The position numbers were made by a program, and so were the translations under genes. The notes under the pieces are model-generated. The model was given only the letters and a program-made list of their open reading frames with translations. It was not told the origin of the DNA and searched no databases. Below are positions 10,570-24,125 of a DNA stretch of 64,000 nucleotides, one piece after another. Within the stretch, counting starts at the first letter, position 1, and every line of letters starts with the position of its first letter. The DNA is from an uncultured Acidobacteriota bacterium (lineage in GTDB: Bacteria; Acidobacteriota; Vicinamibacteria; Vicinamibacterales; CAVVIG01), in contig CAVRXZ010000023.1 in NCBI GenBank assembly GCA_963725105.1, positions 63,669 to 127,668 on the forward strand. Reading direction: 5' to 3'.

Positions 10570-12106
10570 ATGGCCAGTCACTGGTTCACAAAGAAGCCTT
10601 TGGATGTCCTGCTCCAGGAAATGGCAGGCGAGAACCGACTGCGCCGCGTGCTCGGTCCCGTCCAACTGACGTCACTGGGGGTCGGCGCGATCATCGGAAC
10701 CGGCATCTTCATCCTCACCGGGGTCGCGGCGCACGATCGGACCGGGCCCGCGCTGATGCTGTCGTTCGTGCTGGCCGGGCTGGCGTGCGTCTTTGCGGCG
10801 CTCTGTTACGCCGAGTTCGCCTCGATGGTTCCGGTTGCGGGCTCGGCGTACACGTACGCGTATGCCACGCTGGGTGAGCTGTTCGCCTGGATCATCGGGT
10901 GGGATCTGATTCTCGAATATGCGGTTGGGGCGGCGACGGTCGCGCACGGCTGGTCCGCACATTTTCAGGAGTTCACGCCGCTGTTCGGGTTCCACGTGCC
11001 CGAAGTCGATTCGCAGCGCTCCGCTGAACTATTGCCTGAGCGTGGGCGCGGGTTGTCCGACGACCGGCTTGGTGTCGAGCGGTTCATATTTCGACCTCCC
11101 GGCGGTCCTGATCACCTTCATCCTGACCGCCGTTCTCGTGAAAGGCATCCAGGAAAGCGCGACATTCAACGCGATCATGGTGGGAGTGAAACTCATCATC
11201 GTGTTGATGGTGATCGCCATCGGCGCGTTCTATGTCAACCCGGACAACTGGCACCCGTTTGCACCGTTCGGGTACACGGGCGTCAGCTTCTTCGGCCACA
11301 CCCTTTTCGGCCAGACCGCTGCCGGAGGCGAGCCGCTCGGCATGATCGCAGGCGCGGCGATCATTTTCTTTGCCTACATCGGCTTCGACTCCGTCTCCGT
11401 TCACTCGGAGGAGGCGCACAATCCGGCGCGTGATGTTCCGATTGGCATCATCGTCTCTCTGATCGTCTGTACGATTCTGTACATCGCCGTTGCCGCAGTG
11501 CTGACGGGGATGGTGCCCTCCCATGAGATCAACATCGATGCGCCGGTGGTGGATGCCTTCAAGCGCGCGGGGCTGACGTGGATGCAATATCTCGTGGCCG
11601 CCGGGGCGATGACCGGCATCACGTCAGTTCTGCTCGTGATGATGCTGAGCCAGCCCCGGGTGATGCTGGCGCTAGCGCGCGACGGCCTCGTGCCGACCGC
11701 GTTCTTCGGCGACATCCATCCGAAGTTCCGCACGCCGTGGAAATCCACGATTCTGACAGGTGTCTTCGTCGCGGCGATGGCGGGGTTGATTCCGTTGAGC
11801 ATCCTCGCGGAGATGACGAGCATAGGTACGCTCTTCGCGTTTGTGATCGTCTGCGGCGCGGTGATCGTGATGCGCCGGATCAACCCAGGCGCGAATCGAC
11901 CCTTCCGCGCGCCTTTCGTTCCGCTGGTGCCGATTCTCGGCGTCCTGACGTGCCTGGTGCTGATGTTCTCGTTGCCGGTTGAGAACTGGTATCGGCTGAT
12001 CATCTGGATGGCCATCGGGTTCGTTGTGTATTTCACCTACGGGCACAGGCACAGTCTGCTGCGACGGCGGGCTGGGGAGGCAGCGGCGCGGGCGATGCGT
12101 CCGTGA
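10570..12106 (+). CDS. APC-family (CAT/YhdG-like) amino acid permease (frameshift near 11005)
   Basis: LGVGAIIGTGIF, CYAEFASMVPVAGSAYTY, FFAYIGFD; two consecutive ORFs make one protein. Confidence 0.9.
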
Positions 12107-13096
12107 CCCGTACCGCCGCGTTCGCCGTCGTCCTGCTGGTCTCGGTGATCGTCGGCGGCACCCTCGGCTACATGACGATCGAGGGGTGGGGACTCTGGGA
12201 TTCGTTCTACATGACGGTCATCACCGTGACGACCGTCGGCTACAGGGAAGTCCACGACCTCAGCCGCTTCGGTCAGGCCTTCACGGTCATCCTGCTTCTG
12301 GGCGGGGTGGGCGCGGCGCTATATACGTTCACGCTTCTGGCCACGGTCGTCGTCGAAGGCGGCCTTCCCCGGCGGCTGCAGCGGAGACGGCAGACCCGTA
12401 TGCTCGAGTCGGTCAAGGATCACTTCATCATCTGCGGGTACGGTCGCATCGGGAGCACCGTGGCCCGGCAATTGGCCCGGCAGAACGTGCCGCTGGTCGT
12501 AATCGAGCGCGACCCTGAGCGCCTGCAGGCGGCGATCGAGGAAGGCCTGCTGGCCGTCGAAGCTGATGCCAGCCGCGAAGAAGTGCTGAAGCGCGTCGGT
12601 ATCGACGCGCGCGCGTGGCCTGATCGCCGCAGTGGGAACGGATGCGGAAAACGTCTACGCCGTGCTGACAGCCCGTGTCCTGCGGCCGGATCTCTTTATC
12701 GTTGGTCGCGCGGAGAGCGAGGACGCGACGATCAAGCTGAAGCGGGCAGGCGCCAACCGGGTGGTGTCGCCGTACCAGATCGGTGCGCTTCAGATTGCGC
12801 AGACTGCGCTGCGCCCGACGGTCGTCGATTTCGTGGAGCTGGCCACGAGCTCGGAGAACATGGACCTGGGAATGGAGGAGATAACGATCGCTCCCGGTTC
12901 AAAGCTCGCCGAGCAGACAGTGGTCGAAGCCAACCTGCGCCAGCGGTTTGGCATTATCGTCGTCGGTATCCAGCGGCGCGACAGCCGCATGGAATTCAAC
13001 CCTGAACCGAGTCTGGCGATTCGGGCAGGCGATACGCTCGTGGTGCTCGGCAGGCCAGCGTCGCTCAAGCAGCTCGAGGCGGAGGCAGGAGTCTAG
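12103..13096 (+). CDS. Potassium channel with TrkA-N/TrkA-C (RCK) domains (frameshift near 12610)
   Basis: TVTTVGY filter, IICGYGRIG Rossmann motif, C-terminal TrkA_C segment. Confidence 0.88.
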
Positions 13097-14032
13097 ATGG
13101 GTGCGAAGGTTCTCGACGGTACGGCCGTAGCGAATCAGATCCGGGCAGAGCTTCGGCCGGCCGTGGAGGTATTCACGGCCCGTGCCGGCCGGCCGCCGTG
13201 TCTTGGCATTGTGCTCGTCGGGGACGATCCCGCCTCGCACATCTACGTCGGGGCGAAGCTGAAATCGGCCGCCGAAACCGGCCTGCGAGCGGAGCGTGAA
13301 CTGCTTCCGGCGACGGCCTCGCTGGCGGAACTGCTCGCGGTCGTTGATCGACTCAACAGGAGCGACGGCATCGACGGCATCCTCGTGCAGTCGCCGCTGC
13401 CGGCTGCGATGGGCGAAGATGCCGAGCGGCAGGTTTTCGACGTGATTCGGCCGGAAAAGGACGTGGACGGCTTCCATCCCGTCAATGTCGGTAAGCTCGT
13501 TCAGAACCGGGCGACGTTTGCCGCGTGCACGCCGTCCGGCGTGATCGAGCTGCTGCAGCGTTCAGGCGTTGGCATCGCCGGGGCGCGGGCAGCGGTCGTC
13601 GGACGGAGTGACATTGTCGGCAAGCCGATGGCGCTCCTGCTCCTGCATCAACATGCAACGGTCACGATTTGTCATTCGCGGACGCCGAACCTGGCGAAGG
13701 TGACGTCGGAGGCGGATATCGTAGTCTCGGCGATAGGGCGTCCCGGATTCCTGACGGCCGAATTCGTCAAGCCGGGCGCCGCGGTCGTGGATGTTGGAAC
13801 GACACAGGTCACCGATCGGGCGGTGGTCGAACGTCTGTTCGCGGCCGGCTCCAAACGCCGCGAGGCCTTCGAGAAGCGTGGATCCCTGGTCGTCGGCGAT
13901 GTGCACCCAGAAGTGGCCGACGTGGCGGGCGCACTTTCACCCGTTCCGGGTGGTGTCGGGCCGCTGACGATTGCGATGCTCCTGAAGAATACGCTTCGCG
14001 CCGCGGAGGAACGAATCTCACAGGGCAGGTAG
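13097..14032 (+). CDS. folD: Methylenetetrahydrofolate dehydrogenase/cyclohydrolase
   Basis: EKDVDGFHP, CTPSG, GRSDIVGKP, PVPGGVGPLT. Confidence 0.96.
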   Translation: MGAKVLDGTAVANQIRAELRPAVEVFTARAGRPPCLGIVLVGDDPASHIYVGAKLKSAAETGLRAERELLPATASLAELLAVVDRLNRSDGIDGILVQSPLPAAMGEDAERQVFDVIRPEKDVDGFHPVNVGKLVQNRATFAACTPSGVIELLQRSGVGIAGARAAVVGRSDIVGKPMALLLLHQHATVTICHSRTPNLAKVTSEADIVVSAIGRPGFLTAEFVKPGAAVVDVGTTQVTDRAVVERLFAAGSKRREAFEKRGSLVVGDVHPEVADVAGALSPVPGGVGPLTIAMLLKNTLRAAEERISQGR

Positions 14033-14051
14033 GGCGGGTGGGGCAGGTGGG
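14022..14051. repeat. G-rich 9-mer array overlapping the folD stop
   Basis: AGGGCAGGTAGGGCGGGTGGGGCAGGTGGG; one mismatch to 49856..49885. Confidence 0.85.
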
Positions 14052-14070
14052 AGCGCCCGCGGCCATGCCA

Positions 14071-14130
14071 GCACGCGAGCCGCTAGGCGAAGCGTGCGAC
14101 GGCATCAGCGAGCGGGGGTGGGGCCCCGCG
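14071..14130 (+). repeat. Structured dispersed element copy 2
   Basis: GCACGC-GAG-CC-gcta-GG-CGAA-GCGTGC then GCGGGG-GTGGGG-CCCCGC. Confidence 0.75.
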
Positions 14131-14150
14131 AGAAAGAAAGAGATGCCGTG

Positions 14151-14751
14151 ATGCTAAGGGTGGCCCTGACCGGGGGGCATTGCGACCGGGAAAAGCTACG
14201 TCCTCGATCAGTTCCGTCGTCGCGGCATTCCGTGTCTCGATGCGGACACCCTGGCGCGCGGCGTGACCGCGCCGGGCACCGAAGCGGCGGCCGCGATCGC
14301 CGCTCGATTTGGTCCGGACGCGATGGACGCTGACGGCGCCATCAATCGCAAAGCCCTGGGCGCGATTGTCTTTCGCGACACGGCAGAGCGTCGGGCTCTC
14401 GAAGCGATCGTCCATCCTGCCGTCTATCGGGCCATTCTCGCTGGGTTGCGGGCATTCGAACTGACCGAGGACCCGCCGCTTGCCGTTGTGGACGTTCCGT
14501 TGCTGTACGAGACAGGCCACGAGGGGGAGTTTGCGCGCGTGATCGTGACCATCTGTTCGGCCGAGCGGCAGATCGAACGACTCGTGCAGCGCGGGCTCTC
14601 GCGAGAGGAAGCCAGACGACGGATCGAGGCACAGATGCCAACCGAGGACAAGGCATCGCGCGCGGACTTCGTCATCCGCACCGACGGGAGCTTCGGAGAT
14701 ACCGACCGGCAGGTCGAGGAGATATTGCGAAAATTCAAAACTCAGAATTAG
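14151..14751 (+). CDS. coaE: Dephospho-CoA kinase (extra G in run at about 14172-14177)
   Basis: MLRVALTGG/IATGKS P-loop, DAD, LEAIVHPAV, VDVPLLYE. Confidence 0.92.
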
Positions 14752-14811
14752 GAACTCAAAAGGACTCTAACTCATTGGCGTTTGCGAGGTCAGAGCCTTC
14801 TGAGTCCTAGT
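14732..14811. repeat. 7-mer array with inverted partner between convergent coaE and lapB
   Basis: AATTCAA AACTCAG AATTAGG AACTCAA ... TTCTGAGTCCTAGT; AGGACTC/GAGTCCT inverted pair. Confidence 0.6.
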
Positions 14812-14816
14812 CAGTT

Positions 14817-16040
14817 TCAGACTTCGACCTCTGCCGTGTCCTGCGCGGGGGCGATGCGCTCCTCGACGAACGTGTTCCAATCGTGGCAGTGCGGGCACTG
14901 CCAGAGGAGCTCGGTGCTCCGATAACGACAGCGCATGCAGACGTGCGGGTCCAGATAGAACACGGCGTGCTGAGTCAGCTCGCCGTACCGGTCGACGAGA
15001 GCCGGCTCGTGTCGGAGCTGACCCAGAGCGCGCCAGATGGCCTGGTGAATCCCGAGGGCGTGCGGATTCTGCACGAGAGCTGCGAAGAGCAGATCGAGCG
15101 CCTCCCGCGGGCGACCACTGGCCGCAAGATGACGCGAGAACGCCAGCCGGGCCCGCCAGTCCTGGGGGTTTTCGTCGATCAGCCGGCGACAGAGCCGTGT
15201 GAAGCGCTCCGGTGATCCGATCCGGCGGGCCATGGCTTCGAGTCGATCGAAGGCCAGGTACGCGCGGTCGGGCGCGATATCGACCAGGCGCTCCCAGATC
15301 TCGGCGGCATCCCCATCCTTGCCTTGCAGCACGCGCACGTCGCCAAGATTCAGGTACGCGGGAATCGCGCGCGCGTCGAGGTCGATCGCCGCCTCGAAGC
15401 GCCTGATGGCCTCGAAGTAGTCCCTTCGCCGGACCGCCTCCTGCCCGATCTCGTTCTCGAGAAAAGCCAGAATGGCCTGATTCTGCGGCCGCGAGCCGAT
15501 GTCAGCCAGCTTCAGGAGCCGCTGGCGTGTGTCGTAGGCATCGGACCACTGATGCTGCTCCTCCTGCAGCTTCTGAAGATTGAGCAGGGCGTACTCGTTC
15601 TTGGCGTCGAGCTGCAGGACCTCGTTGAAGGCCTCGGTGGCCCGATCGACAAAGCCTCCCTTTCTGTAGTCGAGCCCGAGGCACAAGAGCACGTAAGCAT
15701 GCTCCAGGCGATTCAGCCGCGGCCGCTGCAACAACGACTGGTGCACGGTGATGGCCTTGCCGACCTGTCCCTTCTCGCGATACAGATTCCCGAGGATCAT
15801 GTGGACCTCGAGTGTGTCCGCATTGAGCTCGGCGGCCCTGGTCAGTTCGTCGATCGCGAGATCAATCTGGTTGGAAACAAGGAAGTTCAGGCCCAGGAGG
15901 TAGTGCGGAGACTCGCGGGCCCTGCGACGGTCGAACAACTTCCCATCACGAAGCTTGTACCGTTCCCACGCCTTTCCGACGGCAAGGCCGCAGAGCAGCG
16001 CGACAAGCGCAGACAGGAACGCTGCGTATTGATTCGTCAT
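14817..16040 (-). CDS. lapB: LPS assembly protein B (YciM/LapB-like TPR plus rubredoxin)
   Basis: N-terminal TM, TPRs (LGNLYREKGQVGKAITVHQSLL), C-terminal CMRC..WQCPHCHDWNT. Confidence 0.9.
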   Translation of the reverse strand: MTNQYAAFLSALVALLCGLAVGKAWERYKLRDGKLFDRRRARESPHYLLGLNFLVSNQIDLAIDELTRAAELNADTLEVHMILGNLYREKGQVGKAITVHQSLLQRPRLNRLEHAYVLLCLGLDYRKGGFVDRATEAFNEVLQLDAKNEYALLNLQKLQEEQHQWSDAYDTRQRLLKLADIGSRPQNQAILAFLENEIGQEAVRRRDYFEAIRRFEAAIDLDARAIPAYLNLGDVRVLQGKDGDAAEIWERLVDIAPDRAYLAFDRLEAMARRIGSPERFTRLCRRLIDENPQDWRARLAFSRHLAASGRPREALDLLFAALVQNPHALGIHQAIWRALGQLRHEPALVDRYGELTQHAVFYLDPHVCMRCRYRSTELLWQCPHCHDWNTFVEERIAPAQDTAEVEV

Positions 16041-16043
16041 CGG

Positions 16044-16604
16044 TCAGGTATTTCGACCTTTGGGCCGTCCGGCCGATCGCGGCAAGTAGCCTGTGAGCAG
16101 CGCGGTCCAGCGCCCTTGCGCCTTCAGGATGACCTCAACCAGCTCACGAGCAGCACCCTGGCCGCCCTTGGCGCGGCACACGTAATCGACTCGGGCGCGG
16201 ACCTCCCGGACTGCGTCGGCTGGGCAGGCCGAAAACCCGACGCGTTCAACTAGGGGCAGATCCAGCAAATCATCACCCAGATACGCGACGTCTGCGTCTG
16301 CCAGCCCCTGCTGCCGGCAAATCTCATCGTATCCCTGAAGCTTGCTCGAGTCGCCCTGGCGGACGAGCGGGATTCCCAGCTGTTTCGCTCGATGCGTGGT
16401 GGAGGCCGATGTGCGGGCCGAGAGAATGCCGACGCCCAGCCCTGCGCGTTGCGCCCAGACCAGGCCGGTCCCATCGCGAATGTCGAACTGCTTGCTTTCA
16501 CTCCCGTCCGAATGGATCAGGACTTTGCCGTCGGTGAGGACGCCGTCGACATCCAGCAACAGAAGCTTGATCCGTGAAGCCTTCTTGAACAGGGGCACGG
16601 TCAC
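16044..16604 (-). CDS. kdsC: KDO 8-phosphate phosphatase
   Basis: LLLLDVDGVLTDG, FDIRDG, YLGDDLLDLP, GGQGAARE. Confidence 0.94.
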   Translation of the reverse strand: MTVPLFKKASRIKLLLLDVDGVLTDGKVLIHSDGSESKQFDIRDGTGLVWAQRAGLGVGILSARTSASTTHRAKQLGIPLVRQGDSSKLQGYDEICRQQGLADADVAYLGDDLLDLPLVERVGFSACPADAVREVRARVDYVCRAKGGQGAARELVEVILKAQGRWTALLTGYLPRSAGRPKGRNT

Positions 16605-16618
16605 CGTTCGCGGTCAGA

Positions 16619-17572
16619 TCATCCGCGCTTCCACAGATCGTGCAGGTGAACCACACCGGCAACCTGTTTCGCTCCTCCGCCTACGACGACGACGGACGTG
16701 ATCTTGCGCTGCTCCATGATGTTCAGGGCTTCCGCAGCCAGGGTATCGGGCGGAATGACAACAGGTTCCCGCGTCATGATGTCGGCGGCCGTCAGTTCGA
16801 GAAGCCCCGATCGATTCAGGTGCCTTCTCAAGTCGCCATCCGTAATGACACCGACAAGCTGCGCGCTGGCGTCAACCACGCAGGTCATGCCGAGGGTTTT
16901 GCTCGTCATTTCGATGATGACGTCGCGGACCCGGGTATTCGCCTGGACAACGGGACAGCGCGAACCGGAGCGCATGACCGTGTCAGCACGAACAAAGGGC
17001 TTTCCGAGCTCACCCCCTTGGTGCAGGACGACAAAATCCTCCTGACGAAATCCTTTTTCAACGTGCAATGTCATCGCAAGGGCGTCCCCGATTGCCAATG
17101 CCGCAGTCGTGCTCGCGGTGGGCGCCAGGTTCAGTGGGCAGGCCTCCGCGGTAACACTGCAATCGAGTGCAACATCGGCGGCGTGGGCGAGCGTCGATTC
17201 CGGTGCGCCGGTGATCGCGATCAGCTTTGTGCCCAGCCGTTTGATTGCCCCCAGCAACTGAAGGATCTCGTGAGTTTCCCCACTGTAGGAGAGAGCCATG
17301 ACGAGGTCGTCGCGCTGGACAACGCCAAGGTCGCCGTGAATCGCCTCGGTTGGATGGAGAAAGTGCGCCGGGGTTCCCGTACTCGCCAGTGTGGCGGCGA
17401 TCTTCTGACAGATGATGCCCGACTTCCCGATGCCAGTCAGGATGACGCGTCCCCGACAATTGCGAAGCAGTTCCACGGCATGCTCGAACTTCCCGTCGAG
17501 CCGGTCGACGAGAGCGAGTATCGCCGCAGCCTCGGTTTCGAGCACCTTACGAGCCAGCGCGAGATCAGCCAT
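16619..17572 (-). CDS. kdsD: Arabinose-5-phosphate isomerase (KpsF/GutQ)
   Basis: GIGKSG, HPTEAIHGDLG, APTASTT, CBS pair. Confidence 0.94.
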   Translation of the reverse strand: MADLALARKVLETEAAAILALVDRLDGKFEHAVELLRNCRGRVILTGIGKSGIICQKIAATLASTGTPAHFLHPTEAIHGDLGVVQRDDLVMALSYSGETHEILQLLGAIKRLGTKLIAITGAPESTLAHAADVALDCSVTAEACPLNLAPTASTTAALAIGDALAMTLHVEKGFRQEDFVVLHQGGELGKPFVRADTVMRSGSRCPVVQANTRVRDVIIEMTSKTLGMTCVVDASAQLVGVITDGDLRRHLNRSGLLELTAADIMTREPVVIPPDTLAAEALNIMEQRKITSVVVVGGGAKQVAGVVHLHDLWKRG

Positions 17573-18399
17573 GAACCTCGCCATTCTTCACGATTGCATC
17601 GATAGCCATCAAGCGGCGCAGAAGCGGCTCGAGGCGTCCGAGCGGGAGGGCGTTCTGTGCATCGCTCCTGGCCTTGGACGGTTCGTCATGCGTCTCCAGG
17701 AAGACGCCGTCAACGCCCGCGGCGACCCCGGCTGAGGCGAGCGGCTCGATGTACTGCGCCAGCCCCGCACTAACGCCGTCGCCGGCGCCGGGAAGCTGCA
17801 GGCTGTGTGTGACATCGAACACCACCGGGATGTCCCGTTTGCGCAACATGGGAAACGCCCGCATGTCGACAACCAGATCGTGGTAGCCGAAGCGTGGTGC
17901 CACGCTCGGTCACCATCACCCGATCGTTGCCGGCGTCACGAACCTTTGAAACAGCATGACGTATGTCGTCAGGGGCGAGGAACTGGCCCTTCTTGATGTT
18001 GATGACCTTGCCAGTCTTCGCCGCCGCGACGAGCAGATCGGTCTGGCGGCAGAGAAAGGCCGGAATCTGCAGGACGTCGGCGACCTCGGCGACCGCAGCC
18101 GCCTGATTGGGTTCGTGAATATCCGTGAGAATTGGCACGTGCACGCCGTGTTTGATGGCGGCGAGGATCCGCATGCCTTCGGTCAGTCCTGGCCCACGGA
18201 AGGAGCGACCCGACGTCCGGTTCGCCTTGTCGAAAGACGCCTTGAAGATGAACGGCACGCCAAGGCGCGTGGTCAGCGCGGCTAGGGATTGGGCAAGCTC
18301 TGTCGCGTGACGCTCTCCTTCGATGACGCAAGGGCCGGCGATGAGGACGAACGGGAGACCGTCACCGAGCCGAATCTCTCCAATAGAAAATCGAGGCAC
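17565..18399 (-). CDS. kdsA: KDO 8-phosphate synthase (frameshift near 17895)
   Basis: IAGPCVIE, KASFDKANRTS, QIPAFLCRQTDL, ERG../FGYHDLVVD, DVTHSLQLPG. Confidence 0.94.
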
Positions 18400-18400
18400 A

Positions 18401-20053
<1,653 letters not shown>

Positions 20054-20057
<4 letters not shown>

Positions 20058-20852
20058 AAGCGTGGTCCTGGATCCGGACGTGGGCGCCGCCAGCAGGCGG
20101 CGCACGTGATCGAGATCCTCGGGCGTGTCGACACCGAACGAGTCGTACGCCGTTTCAACGGCTTTGATGCGAATTCCGTGCTCGAGCGCGCGAAGTTGTT
20201 CGAGTGATTCGGATCGTTCGAGCGGTGTGGGATCGAGCGACGCCAGCACGAGAAGGGCGCTCCGCCGGTAGGCATAAAGACCGACGTGGCGATACAGAGG
20301 GGGCCATCCTCCGCGCGGATCCCGCATATACGGAATCGGTGCGCGCGAGAAGTAGAGCGCGTACCCGGCGCGATCCAGGACCACTTTGACGACGTTCGGA
20401 TTTGTCAGTTCGTCGGGATTGACAATCCGCTGGTATAACGTCGTCACCAGAACTTCGGGATCCGCCGCAAACGGAGCAACCGCCTCGCCAATGGCTCCCG
20501 GGTCGATCAACGGTTCGTCGCCCTGGACGTTGACGACGACGTCGCAGTCGAGCGCCGACACGACTTCCGCGAGTCGGTCGGTGCCGCTTTGATGATCGGC
20601 CCTCGTCAGGCGGACCTCTCCTCCGAACCGGATAACCGCCGACGCGATTCGCAAATCATCCGTGGCGACAATGACACGGGAGAGCACAGGCGACAGAGCA
20701 GCCCGGCGGTAGACATGTTCGATCATCGGGCGACCGTCGATGTCGGCCAGTGCCTTTCCGGGGAATCTTGAGGAAGCGTATCGAGCGGGAATGACAGCGA
20801 CGATGTGAAGAGGCCGCTTATCGACCGCGGTGTCGGTCGACGCAGGGTGCAC
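20054..20852 (-). CDS. kdsB: CMP-KDO synthetase (3' end uncertain; reads in frame into the pyrG start)
   Basis: [46 protein letters not shown]; likely GTG start at 20852. Confidence 0.93.
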
Positions 20853-20906
20853 GGCGAATAATAGCACAGTCCTGAAGTTGACGTGCTACGATCGAGAGCG
20901 ACGTTC

Positions 20907-21437
20907 ATGCAGGTCAAGCGAATAGCGCAGTTCGTGGCGATTGGCGGTGCGGTGGCTGTCTGGCTGGCTGCGGCAGCCGACCTCTGGTGACCGGGCGCGT
21001 CGTCCCGCCGAGTCAAACGGCGCCACTCCCGCGGATCGCTCGTGCTGCCGCTCTTGCCGCCGAAATCGCGAAGCTGCACGAACGGCCGAAGGCCGTCGCC
21101 TCTCCGCGTCAGCCGGCTCGCAATCCGTTCGTATTCGTGTCCACCGCGCGGCGCACCGAAGCGCCGTATCCGAGTCCGATTCGCGACACGCCAACACCCG
21201 AATCCTCGCACGCCAACCGTGGCCCCGCCGCTCGCATTGAAGCTTGCGGGGATCGGCGAGGACGTGACGCCCGCAGGCACCACGCGAACGGCGATCATTT
21301 CTGGAGCGGGCGATCTTGTTCTTGCCAAAGAAGGCGACACGGTCGCTGAGCGCTACCGGGTCGTGAGGATTTCCTCCGAGGTCGTCGAGCTTGCGGATGT
21401 GATCGACGGCTCGACTCGACGGCTCGTTCTCAAATAG
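20907..21437 (+). CDS. Hypothetical membrane-anchored PilP/GspC-like protein (frameshifted)
   Basis: MQVKRIAQFVAIGGAVAVWLAAAA TM; RNPFVF in a second frame; LKLAGI..TAII..KEGDTVAERYRVVRI in a third frame. Confidence 0.55.
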
Positions 21438-21498
21438 ACAAGTCGGTCGGACCGACTCGGCGGACTCCCTTCTCGAGTCCGCTCTGCCGCGCCGCATC

Positions 21499-22387
21499 AT
21501 GTCGATTGCCGTCATTATCAATCCAGTCGCCGGTCGGTCTCGCCCAGGCGATGCCCGCGCTCGGGCTGAGCTGGCGGCGAGTGTCATCGAGCAGCACGGC
21601 GAAATCGCCGACGTCCTGGTCACCGAGCGCGCCGGCCATGCCCGCCTGCTGGCGCGATGCGGCTGTTCGGCGGGGAGCTCGCCTGGTCGTGGTCGTGGGG
21701 CGGCGACGGCACAATCAACGAAGTCGCGTCGACGCTGGCCTTCCGCGACATTCCCATTGGCGATCATTCCGGCTGGCTCGGGGAACGGCCTGGCTCGCGA
21801 ACTTGGTGTCGACGAACCGTCCGGAGCAAGCGCTTGTCGAGGCCATGCGTGCCACCCCGCGGTCGATCGACCTGGGCGAACTCGGCGGCAGGCTGTTCGT
21901 CAATCTGGCCGGACTCGGAATCGACGCTCACGTCGCCTGGCGTTTCAATCAGCCGGACAACGGGCGCCGCGGATTTTCCGGCTACCTGCGAATCGGTGCG
22001 CGGGCACTGCTGAGCTATAGACCGGCTCGCTACACCATTTCCTCGCCGGACTTTCACCGCAGCGTCCGGGCCGTACTAGTGGTGGTCGCCAACTCGGCTC
22101 AGTACGGGAACGGTGCGCGGATTGCGCCAGGTGCAAGGGTCGACGACGGCCAGTTGGACCTTGTCGTCGTTGAGGAGCGTTCCCGCCTGGTCACGTGCTG
22201 CCAGACGCCGCGACTGTTCAACGGATCAGTGGGGCGGATGCCGGGGTGCTCGAGTCGCCGCGTCACGGACGTTCGGGTTGAGTGCGATGAGCCGATGATC
22301 TTCCACGTCGATGGAGAACCGGTCGAAGGGGGAACGCTGATTACAGGCCGCGTTCACCCGGGAGCTCTCCGCATCTCAGTCGTCTAG
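21499..22387 (+). CDS. Diacylglycerol/lipid kinase family protein (YegS/DgkB-like; multiple frameshifts)
   Basis: IINPVAG, WGGDGTINEV, IIPAGSGNGLA, ANSAQYG, HVDGE spread over three frames. Confidence 0.85.
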
Positions 22388-23993
22388 TCCGTTCCGGGCA
22401 GGCGAATGACGAAGGCTTCGCGCATCGCAGGTACCCGGCGAATCTCCTCGACCGCGGCGTCGAGAACTTGCGGGGCATGGGGGTCTTCGTCCACGTTCAC
22501 GACGCCGATCGCCCCCTGCGTCGCCCCGACCGAGCGCGAAGTTGGCGATGTTGACGCCGTGGCGGCCCAGGATCGTGCCGACTTCGCCGATCACGCCTGG
22601 CTGATCGTCGTTCGCGATCAGGACAGCATCGTGCCCGCCAGCGGCGCCTCGACGCTGACGCCGCTGACCGACACCAGCCGCAGGCCGTCGGCTCGAAGAC
22701 CGTTCCCTCGACCCAGCGCTCGCCGTCGCTCGTCTCGCAGCTTGACCGACAGCAGGCTGGTGTAGTCGCGCCGCCGCGAGCTGCGCGACTCGACGATCGT
22801 CGATGGCACGCTCCCGGGCCGCGGCTCGTGCGTTGACGATCGACACTCCGTTCGACAGGATCGGCCGCAGGACGCCGGCGGTGGCGCTGGCCGCCAGGAC
22901 GTCGAGCGCCCGGCTTTCGGCGAGCGCGCCGTAATAGCGGACGCCGATCGACTCGACGCGCGCATGCCCCATCTGAGCCGCAATCGCCCCGAGATCGTCG
23001 GCCAGGCGGATCCACGGCTGGAGCCGCTGCAGTTCGTCGGCCGGCATCGACGGAAAGTTGACGGCGTTCCGCACCGTGCCGTCGCGCAGGAAGTCGCGGA
23101 CGGTCAGGGCCGTCTCGAGGCCGACCAGTTCCTGCGCTTCTTCGGTCGACGCCGCGATGTGCGGAGTGCCGATCACTTGCGGAAGTTTGGCAAGTGACCA
23201 ATCGGTCGGCGGTTCTTTCTCGAACACGTCCAGGCCGGCGCCTGCGACGATTCCGCGTTCGATCGCGCGCCGCGAGCGCCTCTCGTCGATCAGATCTCCG
23301 CGAGCCGTGTTGATGAGCCGAAGCCCTGGCTTGCAGCGCGCAGAAGCGCTCGTCGTTGAAAAGATGTCGCGTTTGCGGTGTCGACGGCAGGTGCAGCGTC
23401 AGGTAGTCGGCTGCCGCACAGAGCTCGTCGAGCGTCAGCAGGCGCACGCCAAAGCTTCGGCAATTTCGGTGGAGATGTAGGGATCGTGGGCCACGACGCT
23501 GCATGCCGAACGCTCGCGCACGATGCGCGACTTCCTGACCGATTCGTCCCAGTCCCACGACTCCGAGCGTCTTGCCGCGGAGCTCCGTCCCAACGAAGCG
23601 GCGCTTTTCCCAGCGCTCGTCCTTCATCGCGTGATCGGCGGCCGGCACCGAGCGCGCCAGGGCCAGCATCAGCGCGCACGCGTGCTCGGCGACGCTGATG
23701 CTGTTCGCGCCGGGGGAGTTGACGACGAGGATGCCGCGCGCGCTGGCGGCCGCCACGTCGACGTTGTCGACGCCGGTGCCGGCCCGGGCGACAATCCGGA
23801 GCCGCGGGGCGGCCGCCAGCAGTTCGGCGTCGACCTTCGTCGCGCTCCGCACGAACAGCGCATCGGCGTCGGCAAGATCCGCCGCAAGTTGGGCGCGGCT
23901 TCGGTCGGGTCGCGCGTCGACCGTCCAGCCTGCTTCGTCGCGCAGCAGGTCCAGGGCGGACGCGGGCAAATCATCGGCAACAACGATTTTCAT
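22384..23993 (-). CDS. serA: D-3-phosphoglycerate dehydrogenase, long form with ACT domain (many frameshifts)
   Basis: VRSATKV, RAGTGVDNVD, NSISVAEHA, GLGRIG, TPHIAASTEEAQ, NDDQPGVIGEVGTILG..VNIANF. Confidence 0.92.
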
Positions 23994-24125
23994 TGTGAGA
24001 TGCAGTGTCAGTATAATCCCCGCGTTTTCGACGGCGACTGGCCGCGAGACGTCGCTCGCCCTGCTGTGGTGCAAATCGCTAAAACATTCCAGATGCAGTG
24101 TAACACGTGCAGTAACTGCGAACCC

